A DNA stretch of 64,000 bases, from positions 124,842 through 188,841 of IMG/VR virus record IMGVR_UViG_3300035502_001274; one strand, given 5' to 3'. The stretch's first letter is position 1; each line of letters begins with the position of its first letter. The DNA comes from a virus (Duplodnaviria; Caudoviricetes). The position numbers and the translations under genes are program-made. Shown one piece after another: positions 1-9,453 of this stretch. The notes beneath the pieces are model-generated. The model was given only the letters and a program-made list of their open reading frames with translations. It was not told the DNA's origin and did not search any database.

Positions 1-498
1 GTATGTGATACCACGCCGGCCATCGACAAGTACAATCCCAACACCGGCACCTATGAAGTGGTGGAAATCCAGTCTCAGCTGTATGTGATCATCGAAGCTC
101 TGCACTGCTTCTCTCTGCATGCTGCCAATCCCGTAGGCCACAACGTGAAGAATGCGGCGGCCTGGAGCAATGACATGATGCAGAGCTATCTGCGTGCCAT
201 CGCTACTCGTCTGGGCGCCACACCTGGTCAGTATGGCCAGTATCGTGGAGCCGATGGATACAATGGTGGCTACAATGGTGGTGCCAGCTACGGCGGATTT
301 GGCGGAGGAAGCAGCAATCCTCCCTTTGTGCCGGCTGCCTCTGATGCCTATGCGGGTCAGCCCGCTCTGAACGTGCCCACCGGTGGCAATGAGAACGTGA
401 CCTGGTCCACTGGCTTTGCTGAGCAGGCCAACGTTGGTGCCAATGCGGTGCCTCAGCAGATTGAGCAGGTCTCTTCGCTGGACAGCCTGATGGGCTAA
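1..498 (+). CDS. 5'-truncated protein with Gly/Tyr-rich flexible C-terminus (possibly ssDNA-binding-like)
   Basis: Frame is open from base 1 to TAA at 498; GGYNGG repeats near the C-terminus; followed by a terminator. Confidence 0.6.
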   Translation, partial: VCDTTPAIDKYNPNTGTYEVVEIQSQLYVIIEALHCFSLHAANPVGHNVKNAAAWSNDMMQSYLRAIATRLGATPGQYGQYRGADGYNGGYNGGASYGGFGGGSSNPPFVPAASDAYAGQPALNVPTGGNENVTWSTGFAEQANVGANAVPQQIEQVSSLDSLMG

Positions 499-504
499 GG
501 CGCT

Positions 505-546
505 GAAGCGGGTATGAGTTCATCTCATACTCGCTTCTTTTTTTTT
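505..546 (+). terminator. Intrinsic terminator
   Basis: GAAGCGGGTATGAG/CTCATACTCGCTTC stem followed by a long T run. Confidence 0.85.
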
Positions 547-568
547 GGTAATATAGAGAGGTGATCTC

Positions 569-1330
569 TTGAATTACGATATGGCAGACTTTCTCCGGCC
601 AATCGCCGGAGGCAATCGCGATGAATACATTCTGGTGGAGTTTCATCGCACCTTAAAGAATACCAACATGGCTCTGCTGAATAATCTCTTTGCCAGGGCC
701 AAAGACGATCCTGAGCTGATGCAGATCTTTCCTAAGTTGATCGAGTATGCAAAGATGACCTCCGACACTCGTTATGATGCATCGGTGGTTTTCAATAAGC
801 CGCGGGATCTTATCTTCAATCTCTCTGGGGAGAAGCTCAGCGAAGAGTTGTGCCAGCAGTACGCTGATGCCTTCAAAGAGCCTTACAAGTTTCCCAACCT
901 TCATACCACCAGGATGGAGGTCGTCTTGCATCATCTCTGTGAGCAGGACTTCGTGAAGAAACTATATATCTTTGCAGACAAGTTTTCAAACGAGATGAAG
1001 GCCTACGTTGCCCAAACTTTTGGGGACGTGGGTGTAGGTACACGGGTGGTCGCGTTAGAGGGTAATTTGGAAGATTGCCTCCTCTCAATGCCGGAGATTA
1101 CCACGGTTTTCATGAGCAATTTTTCAGATTTGGAGCCAATTTACAAAAGTCATATGGAAGTGATCAAAGGCAAATACATCATTATTTCCCATGGCTATGG
1201 TAACATGGTGCCATCTCAAGACCATAAGCGCCTGGAATATGCCGGCATGAGAACATTTGCCAAATGGCATAAGAAAAAGATCGCCGACGTTGCCTATGGC
1301 TATCCCTATGCCATCTATCGTGCCATCTAA
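569..1330 (+). CDS. Hypothetical protein
   Basis: 253-aa ORF, TTG start after GAGGTG SD. Confidence 0.7.
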   Translation: MNYDMADFLRPIAGGNRDEYILVEFHRTLKNTNMALLNNLFARAKDDPELMQIFPKLIEYAKMTSDTRYDASVVFNKPRDLIFNLSGEKLSEELCQQYADAFKEPYKFPNLHTTRMEVVLHHLCEQDFVKKLYIFADKFSNEMKAYVAQTFGDVGVGTRVVALEGNLEDCLLSMPEITTVFMSNFSDLEPIYKSHMEVIKGKYIIISHGYGNMVPSQDHKRLEYAGMRTFAKWHKKKIADVAYGYPYAIYRAI

Positions 1331-1356
1331 TCTCGACAGAAAGGATGATCTAATCA

Positions 1357-3465
1357 ATGGCCTATAACTTCGATAACCTTGAGAAAGAAATCCGAATGGG
1401 AATGAACCTGATTGACCGTGATGAATACACGGCTTCCATTAAGGCCATTTCCCACATTGCTGCGCAGACGGTCTGCAAGACGCTTGGGCCCTATGCGCAT
1501 ACCACCATCATTGATGATGGCAACTTTACCTATCCCACCAAGGACGGCTGGTCCATCCTGCAGCGCATTCGCTTCCAGGATCCGACTCACAACTCCATCT
1601 TCAATATGCTGAAGAATATCAGCTTCCGCATCGTGGATAAGGTGGGTGACGGTACGACCACCGCCATGGTCACCGCAGACCATTTCCTGGACTGCATGGA
1701 TGAAGCTCTGAAGAAAGATCAGGTTTGGAGCAGCTATCGTCAGGCCGACATTGTGAGCGCTCTGAACGATGTGCGTGATATGGTTATCAAAGACCTGGAA
1801 GAGCATGCTGTTCAGATTGCTCCGGACCCCTCTGAGGAGAGCCCCGATTATCAGAGCATCCATGATGTGGCATACATCTCTTCCAACGGGAACGAGAAGC
1901 TGGCCAGCATCATGCAGACCATTTACCAGAAGACCGGCAATCCCAACGTCATTGTGGATATGGACGGCGGCAAAGAGATCTCTTATGAGATCCAAACTGG
2001 ATATCGCTTGGACTGCTCTTTCCTGATGAGTGAGCGGTACAGCAATACCAGCGAGCACTATTACAACACCAACGGCCGGGAGCATATGCTGGTCATTTTT
2101 GATCATAATGTGACGTATCAGCGTCATGCTGAGATGATCAACTTCCTGTTGGGCATCGCACAGCGGACCCAGCGGCCCATCATTCTAATGGCTCCCTACT
2201 TTGACGATGTGATTTCGTCTCAGTTCTCCATCATGGTTCAGCAGTCTCTGAAGGAGAATCCCAACTCCATTCCGGGCCTGATGATCGTGCAGATTCCTGA
2301 CGTGACTCGGAAGGCCCAGAAGGACGCTTTCATGGACTTTGCAGCTTTGGCCAGCGTTTCTCCTGTGACGGCTACGACGGTGAAAATCTTCACCGAGATG
2401 CGGCACAACGATACGGCCAAAGAGGAGACCGACAAGATCCATGACAAGATCATGGAAATGCCGGAGTATTCTCAGTTCACTACTGCTCAGCAATTGCTGG
2501 ACAGCTGCTACGGTACTGTGAAGGATGCCACCATTGGCAAGAACTTCTTCACGCTTACCAACATTAACTACGACTCGGTGCTCTACAAGGAGCGTCTGGC
2601 TCTGGTTCAGAAAGAGTATGACGATGCCAAGAAGGCAGCCGCCGAATCTCCCACCAATCTCAATAAGGCATTCCTGGAAGCATCTCAGCGACTCAATAAG
2701 CTGTCTGGTGCTCTGGGCGTCATTCATGTGGGTGGCGTGACCGATTTGGAGCGCCAGTGCAATCGGGACATCGTGGATGATACGTTCCTGGCGTGTCGAT
2801 CTGCCTATGAAAACGGTGTCGTGGCGGGGTTGAACCTTGGTGTTCTGGCCTCTATGCACCGAGTCGATCAGCAGAAGTTGAGCACGCTGCAGAACTTTGC
2901 GCTGAAGGTGCTCCATGATTCCTATGAGAGAACCGCCATGGACATTCTCAGCAATAAGTACCATGACGTGGATGCCAAGTGCTGGGACTTCTTTGGTAAT
3001 CATCTGACGGCATCTGAACTGATCGATACGATGGAAGATGCCATCGTACGCGGCGAACTGACCTGCTACGACATCGAGGCCGAGGCTGCTTACGACAGTG
3101 CCATTCCGAGCGTCTGCAATTCTGTCTCTACGGACATCGAGATCCTGTACGGCATCACCAGTATTCTGGGCATGGTACTGACCAGCGATCAGTACATGTC
3201 AGTGAATCGGATGTATGATAAGCAGGCTGCCATCCGTCAGCAGGAAGCTCTGAATGAGCGTACCATGACGGCCAATGTGGAGACCGTGATGAAAGCCATC
3301 GATGGCTACTTCTACACGCACCCCACCAGTATGATTGGCGCCATTGCCAAACGGCTGGAAAACACTGTCGAAACTCCTGTGTATCAAACTCCGACCACTG
3401 TAATGGGTGGCACCAACAACGGTCAGGACGTAATGATGGAATACGACCGGCGTAAATACGACTAA
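1357..3465 (+). CDS. groEL: Phage chaperonin (GroEL-like)
   Basis: TLGPY, TKDG, GDGTTT, IHVGG and GVVAG chaperonin motifs; 702 aa. Confidence 0.93.
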   Translation: MAYNFDNLEKEIRMGMNLIDRDEYTASIKAISHIAAQTVCKTLGPYAHTTIIDDGNFTYPTKDGWSILQRIRFQDPTHNSIFNMLKNISFRIVDKVGDGTTTAMVTADHFLDCMDEALKKDQVWSSYRQADIVSALNDVRDMVIKDLEEHAVQIAPDPSEESPDYQSIHDVAYISSNGNEKLASIMQTIYQKTGNPNVIVDMDGGKEISYEIQTGYRLDCSFLMSERYSNTSEHYYNTNGREHMLVIFDHNVTYQRHAEMINFLLGIAQRTQRPIILMAPYFDDVISSQFSIMVQQSLKENPNSIPGLMIVQIPDVTRKAQKDAFMDFAALASVSPVTATTVKIFTEMRHNDTAKEETDKIHDKIMEMPEYSQFTTAQQLLDSCYGTVKDATIGKNFFTLTNINYDSVLYKERLALVQKEYDDAKKAAAESPTNLNKAFLEASQRLNKLSGALGVIHVGGVTDLERQCNRDIVDDTFLACRSAYENGVVAGLNLGVLASMHRVDQQKLSTLQNFALKVLHDSYERTAMDILSNKYHDVDAKCWDFFGNHLTASELIDTMEDAIVRGELTCYDIEAEAAYDSAIPSVCNSVSTDIEILYGITSILGMVLTSDQYMSVNRMYDKQAAIRQQEALNERTMTANVETVMKAIDGYFYTHPTSMIGAIAKRLENTVETPVYQTPTTVMGGTNNGQDVMMEYDRRKYD

Positions 3466-3474
3466 AGACGAGTG

Positions 3475-3508
3475 AAAGCTTCCTAACCTACTAGGTTAGG
3501 AAGCTTTT
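3475..3508. terminator. Bidirectional terminator between convergent genes
   Basis: AAAGCTTCCTAACCTA/TAGGTTAGGAAGCTTT inverted repeat. Confidence 0.85.
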
Positions 3509-3517
3509 ATGTCAACT

Positions 3518-4693
3518 TTAGGCGCTCCGCACGACCAACAGTTGCAGCGTGAAAGCTGTGGTGGGAGCCGTGCTGTACGCATAAAGGGTGATGGAATTGG
3601 CAGCTGTCGTGATGCGATTTACGTTTGCAAAGGCTTTGCCCTGCAACGTAGCAGCACTCACATCGTCCGACATAACGATACCCACAACGGGGACATCGGT
3701 TGCAAGAATTCCAGATACGGTGACGGTTTTATAGTAACCGCCAGAGGAGTTGGTAGTCCATGAGGTGTTGATGGACGCTGAATACAACGCCATCTTGGCG
3801 CCGCCCAGCGCTGACAGCGCAGCGGCAGCCGTGGTGGAGCCGGTACCGCCTTTGGCGATCGACAGAGTACCTGTGCAATCGGTCAAGGCGTGAGAATGGC
3901 TCGATGCTGCAGCACCCAGATTGGCAAGCGTGATGCCCAGATTGCTTCGGGCCGTGGCAGCATCGGTAGCGCCAGTGCCGCCCTTAGCAACCGTCAGGGT
4001 GCCAGTGCAGTCAGTCAATGCATGACTGTGAGAAGAAGCAGCTGCGCCCAGATTATCCAGGGTAATACCTAAGTTGGTCCGAGCTGTTGCTGCGTCGGTT
4101 GCGCCCGTGCCTCCCTTGGCAACTGTCAAGGTGCCAGTGCAATCGGTTAATGCATGAGAATGGGAAGAAGCAGCTGCACCAAGGTTATCCAGAGTAATCC
4201 CCAGATTAGTGCGTGCCGTAGCTGCGTCAGTGGCACCAGTACCGCCTTTGGAGACGGGGTTGGCACCAGTGAAGCCGGTCCAGGACGTGATGCCCTTCCC
4301 TTTATTGACGAGATTCCAGTTGGTCCCGTCATATTCAAAGATACAGACTTCGGACGCGACCCATGCATTGGTTACATCAGAGGAGCCAAGCCAATAAATG
4401 GACTTGGCCCCTGTGCTGTTGACATTCAGGGTCGCGGTTCCTGCCGTATTGGCATAAGTGAATTTCACAGCTACGCGCACGCCGGTCTCCAATGACTTGA
4501 AGTTCGTGCATTCCACGACCTTTGCATTGGTCTCGGCGGCGGTTGCGCATGTGCCGTGCAACTTTGCCTCAGTGGACGCTGTCTGTGCAGCGCTTAATGC
4601 ACTTTCGGCAGTCCCCTTGACAGCATCCACTAGGCTTTTGGTTTTGGTTACAAGCTCTTGCAATGCCGCAACAGCGACGTACTTGATTGCCAT
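3518..4693 (-). CDS. Fibre protein with tandem KGGTGAT repeats and C-terminal tip domain
   Basis: Likely start MAIKYV at 4693 after GGAAGG; ATLNVNSTGAKSI fibre motif; repeats of VAKGGTGATDAATARTNLG. Confidence 0.8.
   Translation of the reverse strand: MAIKYVAVAALQELVTKTKSLVDAVKGTAESALSAAQTASTEAKLHGTCATAAETNAKVVECTNFKSLETGVRVAVKFTYANTAGTATLNVNSTGAKSIYWLGSSDVTNAWVASEVCIFEYDGTNWNLVNKGKGITSWTGFTGANPVSKGGTGATDAATARTNLGITLDNLGAAASSHSHALTDCTGTLTVAKGGTGATDAATARTNLGITLDNLGAAASSHSHALTDCTGTLTVAKGGTGATDAATARSNLGITLANLGAAASSHSHALTDCTGTLSIAKGGTGSTTAAAALSALGGAKMALYSASINTSWTTNSSGGYYKTVTVSGILATDVPVVGIVMSDDVSAATLQGKAFANVNRITTAANSITLYAYSTAPTTAFTLQLLVVRSA
3860..4250 (-). repeat. About three tandem 41-aa (123-nt) coding repeats
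   Basis: KGGTGATDAATAR(T/S)NLGITL(D/A)NLGAAASSHSHALTDCTGTL occurs three times with synonymous divergence; coordinates approximate. Confidence 0.85.
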
Positions 4694-4805
4694 ATGCGTG
4701 AAACCCGCCTTCCTAGTGGACGTCACTCAATGAGTAATTGGCCTCAGCTTAATGGGGTCCAGAAGCTAGAGACCTATTGAGTGCATGAGACTGAAGCAAA
4801 GAGAA

Positions 4806-5513
4806 TTACGCAAACAGCGCGTCGACCTCGCTGACCGTGATCTCGGTCAGATCGCTGGACTTGACATAGTCAGCCAGAGCGGTGGAGATGGCGGAGTCAG
4901 CCTCGGTCTTGGTGTAGTAGTTGGTCATATCGACGAAGGTGTCGCCGATGGCCTCCCACGCGCCGTTCAGGTACATGTACTCGGTGTAGGCGTTCTTGGC
5001 ATCACTGTCGGCAGTCGCCTTGGCCACCATGTAGATGGTGGTGGTGGAGATATCGGCAGTGGGCAGAGCGGACACGATCTCATACTTCAGGTGGGCAGCG
5101 TTGGACACCGCAGAAGCGATGGCAGTATCGGCCTCGGTCTTGGTGTAGTAGCTACCCAGAGCGGTGGAGATGGCGGTGCCAACCTGGGTGGCGTTCTGGA
5201 ACTCGGAATCGTTGGTCAGATCACTGGTCTTGGTGGCCGTAGTGATGGCAGCGATCCGGGTATCGGAATTCACGGTGACGGCGGTGCCGTTCACGGTCAG
5301 ACCGATGATCACGTTCTTCTCTGCGTCGGAGGGAGCGTGGGCAGCCTGGCTGTGGGTATAGGCGGCGTCGTAGTTGTTCTTCAGAGCGTCGGTCAGGTCG
5401 TTGGTGGACAGACCCTTGCCGGTCTCGGTATCAACCTTGCCGGCCAGCAGGCCCTTAACTTTGACAACCAGTTCTTGCAGAGCAGCAGAACTTGCATACT
5501 TAATAGTAGCCAT
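4806..5513 (-). CDS. Fibre/head-fibre-like structural protein
   Basis: GKGLSTND and YYTKTEAD motifs typical of phage fibres; C-terminal EITVSEVDALF. Confidence 0.75.
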   Translation of the reverse strand: MATIKYASSAALQELVVKVKGLLAGKVDTETGKGLSTNDLTDALKNNYDAAYTHSQAAHAPSDAEKNVIIGLTVNGTAVTVNSDTRIAAITTATKTSDLTNDSEFQNATQVGTAISTALGSYYTKTEADTAIASAVSNAAHLKYEIVSALPTADISTTTIYMVAKATADSDAKNAYTEYMYLNGAWEAIGDTFVDMTNYYTKTEADSAISTALADYVKSSDLTEITVSEVDALFA

Positions 5514-5640
5514 AAATTTATCTCACCTTTCAAAAACTTTATGAGAAGGATTGAAATCTGATATATCACACATAAATGGCAATTCTCTGTCATAGAGGCA
5601 GAAAATCGCCCTTTATGATATGATCCGCACGAGTAGTAGG

Positions 5641-6177
5641 TTAGAAAGCTACGGATTTGGTGGTAACGCTTGTAGTTGTGGTGGCTTTCGTAGCTGCGCG
5701 ACTAGAGGCCGAAACCAGCGTATAGGCGATCTCGGATTCATCGGAATCTGCGCCGAAAATCTCGGCAAAGATCGCATCGACTTCTTCCGAAGTGATCTCC
5801 GTAGCGCTGCTGAGCCCGTCAGCCGTTTCCCAGATCTCCCAAGTCATACCACGGTCAGTCGAGATCCGCGTGTACGTCGCAGTGCCAGCGTACAAGCTCT
5901 GAATCAACTGAGGTTGACCATTGCTGTCCACTGACGATACGTAGATGTACACTGGAGACACGGCCGCAGCTGCACTAGGCGCAGTCACGTCATACACAAA
6001 TGCTGCTTTGTATAATCCAGGACTGCGCAAGAAATCCAGGTTGTAGGGGGTGGCGCTAGTCGACTCGAGCTCGATGATGCCGCCACTCAAGCTAGTGATA
6101 TCCAGATTCTGAATTTTCTCGATGGCTTCATCGACTTCAGGACCTGTATATCCCAGAGTGTAGATCTTAGAACTCAT
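5641..6177 (-). CDS. Structural protein with pyocin-knob-like domain
   Basis: N-terminal YTGPEVDEAI; NLDFLRSPGLY...YTR...TWEIWE pattern; late promoter upstream. Confidence 0.6.
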   Translation of the reverse strand: MSSKIYTLGYTGPEVDEAIEKIQNLDITSLSGGIIELESTSATPYNLDFLRSPGLYKAAFVYDVTAPSAAAAVSPVYIYVSSVDSNGQPQLIQSLYAGTATYTRISTDRGMTWEIWETADGLSSATEITSEEVDAIFAEIFGADSDESEIAYTLVSASSRAATKATTTTSVTTKSVAF

Positions 6178-6210
6178 TGAATCGCGACCTCCCTCGTGTG
6201 TAGGATATCG

Positions 6211-6223
6211 TTAACAAGCTGTT
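6211..6223 (-). promoter_or_regulatory. Late-type promoter
   Basis: AACA-gcttgt-TAA. Confidence 0.7.
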
Positions 6224-6247
6224 TCATCATACCAGTGAGGGCTTTTA

Positions 6248-6280
6248 GAGAGACTATGGCAGAAAATGCCATAGTCTCTC
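6248..6280. terminator. Intergenic hairpin/terminator
   Basis: GAGAGACTATGGCA/TGCCATAGTCTCTC. Confidence 0.7.
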
Positions 6281-6288
6281 GAGGGTCT

Positions 6289-7041
6289 TTACCAATACAT
6301 GATGTGCTCATAATCGAGCGCACAGCTCTCATCTAACTCGTCCAGCAGCTCTTTCTTCTTACTAGCAGCATCAGACCAGTCATCGATCTTGAGCTCAATG
6401 GAACCAACGCCCAAATCCAAGTTCTGGACACGGCGCAGCTTCATGTAGAGATACTCTTCCAAATCGTACAGACACAGCTGTACAAAGGTGGAGAAAGATG
6501 ACGGATTGAGCGTCGATAGAGAAGGATCATGGTCCATCGCCAGCTCGATCTCATAAGTACCGCCAGACCATCCATTATACAAGATGAGAATGTCAGGTGC
6601 TCTGAAGTCCCAGGTCAGTGAATGGGTCATCTGACGAGCCATTGCACCAACAGCCTGGATAGATGCCAAGCCCACCATAATGGAAGCGGGATCTCCAATC
6701 ATTCCCTGCGGGACATACAGGTCATTGTAGCCGTTGGGCTTCTGGATCTGTACATCGGGAACACCGAAGATGGTGTGCTCCTGATAATAGTGCTTGGGAA
6801 TCTGATACACCGCCTGATAGGAGTTGGTGTGGTTCATCGGCACTCCCACATAAGGTTTGCACATCCGGTTGTCATTGCCAATCAGGAAGCGCGCCAGATA
6901 GGGAGAGCGCTGTGAGAACTCCTTCAGGGCCGAATGCTGTAATCTCCAAAGCATGTCATTATCGGTAACAGGTTTGGGAAGATCTCTCAAGCCCATATTC
7001 TGCTTACAAATCGTCAAAATTTCAGATAAGCTCTGATACAT
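6289..7041 (-). CDS. Putative neck/head-completion protein
   Basis: ATG 7041 after GGTGA; late promoter; size and C-terminal helix recall T4 gp13-like neck proteins (recollection only). Confidence 0.45.
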   Translation of the reverse strand: MYQSLSEILTICKQNMGLRDLPKPVTDNDMLWRLQHSALKEFSQRSPYLARFLIGNDNRMCKPYVGVPMNHTNSYQAVYQIPKHYYQEHTIFGVPDVQIQKPNGYNDLYVPQGMIGDPASIMVGLASIQAVGAMARQMTHSLTWDFRAPDILILYNGWSGGTYEIELAMDHDPSLSTLNPSSFSTFVQLCLYDLEEYLYMKLRRVQNLDLGVGSIELKIDDWSDAASKKKELLDELDESCALDYEHIMYW

Positions 7042-7075
7042 AAAATCACCCAACTTTCAGATTAGGCCTTCTAGA

Positions 7076-7088
7076 TTAAGGGGTTGTC
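7076..7088 (-). promoter_or_regulatory. Late-type promoter
   Basis: GACA-acccct-TAA. Confidence 0.7.
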
Positions 7089-7145
7089 TGAAAGTTGGGT
7101 GAATGCCGGCCTTAGAGGACTGAAGAAAGCGACTAGATGTGATGC

Positions 7146-7685
7146 CTAATCGTTTTCTTCAGTGTTGGGAAACTGCTGATCGAGTGCGTCCAAGTTGGTG
7201 ACCATCGTGGCGTAGAAATCGCGCAGATTCACTGCCATGTCACGCATTGGGACGACATAGGGTGTCAATGTATTGATATCGCCGCTATCCAATACTCTCT
7301 GTAAGTCAGCATAGATCTTCTGGAACGTCTCGCGATCTAAATCAGCAGGATGAACGTTCTTATGAATGCTGTGCTCCGCTACAGCTAAGCCAACGGTCTG
7401 GAAGACCGTGTTAATGGTCGTGTCTGTCTCCTCGCTGAACTCTTCTTCGGGCCCAATATAGCAGACGAAAATCAGCTGAGGACGAGGCGTTTTCTCGGTA
7501 CTGATCACATAAGCATGCAGATAACCCTCGTAATATACCACATAGCCGAAGGTGAACCCATCCATCGTCTCCATGGCATGGATGCGTTCCTGGATGGCAA
7601 ATACGTTATGGCAAATCTCCGAGACATGAAAACTGATCGTCTTTTCTTGTACGGTGACTGTGATGGTAGATGGATAATGAAGCAT
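7146..7685 (-). CDS. Hypothetical protein
   Basis: Likely start MLHYPS at 7685 after AGGAGG. Confidence 0.7.
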   Translation of the reverse strand: MLHYPSTITVTVQEKTISFHVSEICHNVFAIQERIHAMETMDGFTFGYVVYYEGYLHAYVISTEKTPRPQLIFVCYIGPEEEFSEETDTTINTVFQTVGLAVAEHSIHKNVHPADLDRETFQKIYADLQRVLDSGDINTLTPYVVPMRDMAVNLRDFYATMVTNLDALDQQFPNTEEND

Positions 7686-7761
7686 TAAAAGCCCTCCTAT
7701 CCATGAACAAAAGCAGGCAGCGGGACTGTCCCCGTGCCCTGCACTGCCTGCTGCTGTGATA

Positions 7762-7774
7762 TTAGCTCGTTGTT
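7762..7774 (-). promoter_or_regulatory. Late-type promoter followed by a leader hairpin
   Basis: AACA-acgagc-TAA. Confidence 0.65.
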
Positions 7775-7848
7775 TCGGATGAGCACCTAGTTTTCCAAGA
7801 AATGGCAAGCTGGATAGTACAAATTTGCAGCACATCAGATCTTTACCA

Positions 7849-7863
7849 TATATCATCCTCATG
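7849..7863 (+). promoter_or_regulatory. Early-type promoter
   Basis: TATATCAT-cctc-ATG. Confidence 0.65.
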
Positions 7864-7894
7864 ACAGGAACTTATGAAGAAAGGAGGTCATTCT

Positions 7895-9367
7895 ATGGAA
7901 GCAATATTTACATCTACGGGCATGATGTTGAAGCCCTATTCGGCAAGCAAAGCTGGGATGATCTATAAAGCCCGATCTGTTTGGCTGCCTGCCGCGCACG
8001 CTCCACAACCTGTCACAGCCTATATTGAGACGGAGCCCACCACTGGCGGGAAGCGCTTACTGACGTATAAATGCCATCCCAAATGGCTTCAGGAACAGAT
8101 CCCTGAAATCGTGATTACCCATATGAAAGCCAATCACGTGGACCATTTGGGAGAGCCTTTTGCGTTGAACCCTGACATTATCCCCAATGACGTACAGCAA
8201 GCAGCCACCCAAGCAGTGATTGATAATGGCTTCAAGACGGCATTCTTCAATATTCCCACGGCTATGGGCAAAACCTTGTTGGCTGTTTATCTGACCAGCA
8301 TCCTCAATGTGAAGAGCTGGGCGATGTGCTATCGAACCATCGTGCTAAATCAGTGGCAGAGCACCATCGCCAAGATGACAACTGCATCGGAGACCAGATT
8401 GCGTGAGATTCACAGCACCAAAGAGCTTCTTGAGATGGCTGAAGGCGATTACCCCTTTGATGACTATGACATGTACTTCAGCACAGAGACAGTTCTCACC
8501 AAGTTTGCCAAAACCTATGGCTTGGAGATGCTCAATGACGTCTTTAATAACGCCGGCATTGGTGTGAAGTTCTTCGATGAAGCGCATCGCAACGTGGGAA
8601 ACATCGTTAAGATCAATGCGCTGACCAATGTCCCTAGAACCTACTACCTGTCAGCGGACTTTGGACAAGCAGACCCTGAACGAGAACGTCTCTACTTGAA
8701 GATGTTTGGCAGTACACCCATCATCAGGCCCACACAAGAGTATGCCAAGAGCATGCAGTACACCGTGGCAGTGTTGGTGAAGTACAACACGCATCCTAGC
8801 TTCAACGATGTAGGGACGGCATTCACCAAGTACGGGTTCAATCACAATAAGTTCATGGAATATGAGTTGGACCAGGATAACTTCTACCACGCCTTTGCCA
8901 ACGTGGTAGATTCCATTGAGCGAAGCAATCCAGATCACAAGTATAAAGTGCTGTTTCTCTGCACCCTCATTGAACACGTCAACTTCTTGAGGGAATGGAT
9001 TGCAGCATACTACGAGAAGTTCTACCCAGAGGCTCATCTGAACATCGTACGGTATCACAGTGAGATGTCCAATGAAGAGAAGGAAGAGGCCTTGGCACAG
9101 GGCCAGATCATCGTGTCAACCTATCAGTCGATGGGAGTCGGCGTGGATTTGAAGATGATCAGGCATGTGGTCGGCCTCACGCCCATCAATAGCATCGAAG
9201 ATAACCAGGCAGCTGGACGAGCGAGACCCTTGCCCGACGGGAGCGATTGCTTCTACTACATCTTCGTGGATGAGGGATTTGAATACGTTCGCAAGAAACT
9301 TCCCAATCGCTTGGACTATCTTCAGAAGCAAAAGATCAAGAAAATCGTTTCGATCAAGTACAGCTGA
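7895..9367 (+). CDS. SF2 DEAH-box helicase (UvsW/ResIII-like)
   Basis: PTAMGKT, DEAH, STYQSMGVGVD and QAAGRAR motifs; ATG 7895 after AGGAGG. Confidence 0.9.
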   Translation: MEAIFTSTGMMLKPYSASKAGMIYKARSVWLPAAHAPQPVTAYIETEPTTGGKRLLTYKCHPKWLQEQIPEIVITHMKANHVDHLGEPFALNPDIIPNDVQQAATQAVIDNGFKTAFFNIPTAMGKTLLAVYLTSILNVKSWAMCYRTIVLNQWQSTIAKMTTASETRLREIHSTKELLEMAEGDYPFDDYDMYFSTETVLTKFAKTYGLEMLNDVFNNAGIGVKFFDEAHRNVGNIVKINALTNVPRTYYLSADFGQADPERERLYLKMFGSTPIIRPTQEYAKSMQYTVAVLVKYNTHPSFNDVGTAFTKYGFNHNKFMEYELDQDNFYHAFANVVDSIERSNPDHKYKVLFLCTLIEHVNFLREWIAAYYEKFYPEAHLNIVRYHSEMSNEEKEEALAQGQIIVSTYQSMGVGVDLKMIRHVVGLTPINSIEDNQAAGRARPLPDGSDCFYYIFVDEGFEYVRKKLPNRLDYLQKQKIKKIVSIKYS

Positions 9368-9368
9368 G

Positions 9369-9401
9369 AAGCTAGGAGACTTATTCGTCTCCTAGCTTTT
9401 T
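9369..9401 (+). terminator. Intrinsic terminator
   Basis: AAGCTAGGAGAC/GTCTCCTAGCTT plus T run. Confidence 0.8.
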
Positions 9402-9453
9402 AAGCTGGCTTTAACGATGGCTTAATCTTTAAGCAAGGTGGGTGAGGAAACCT

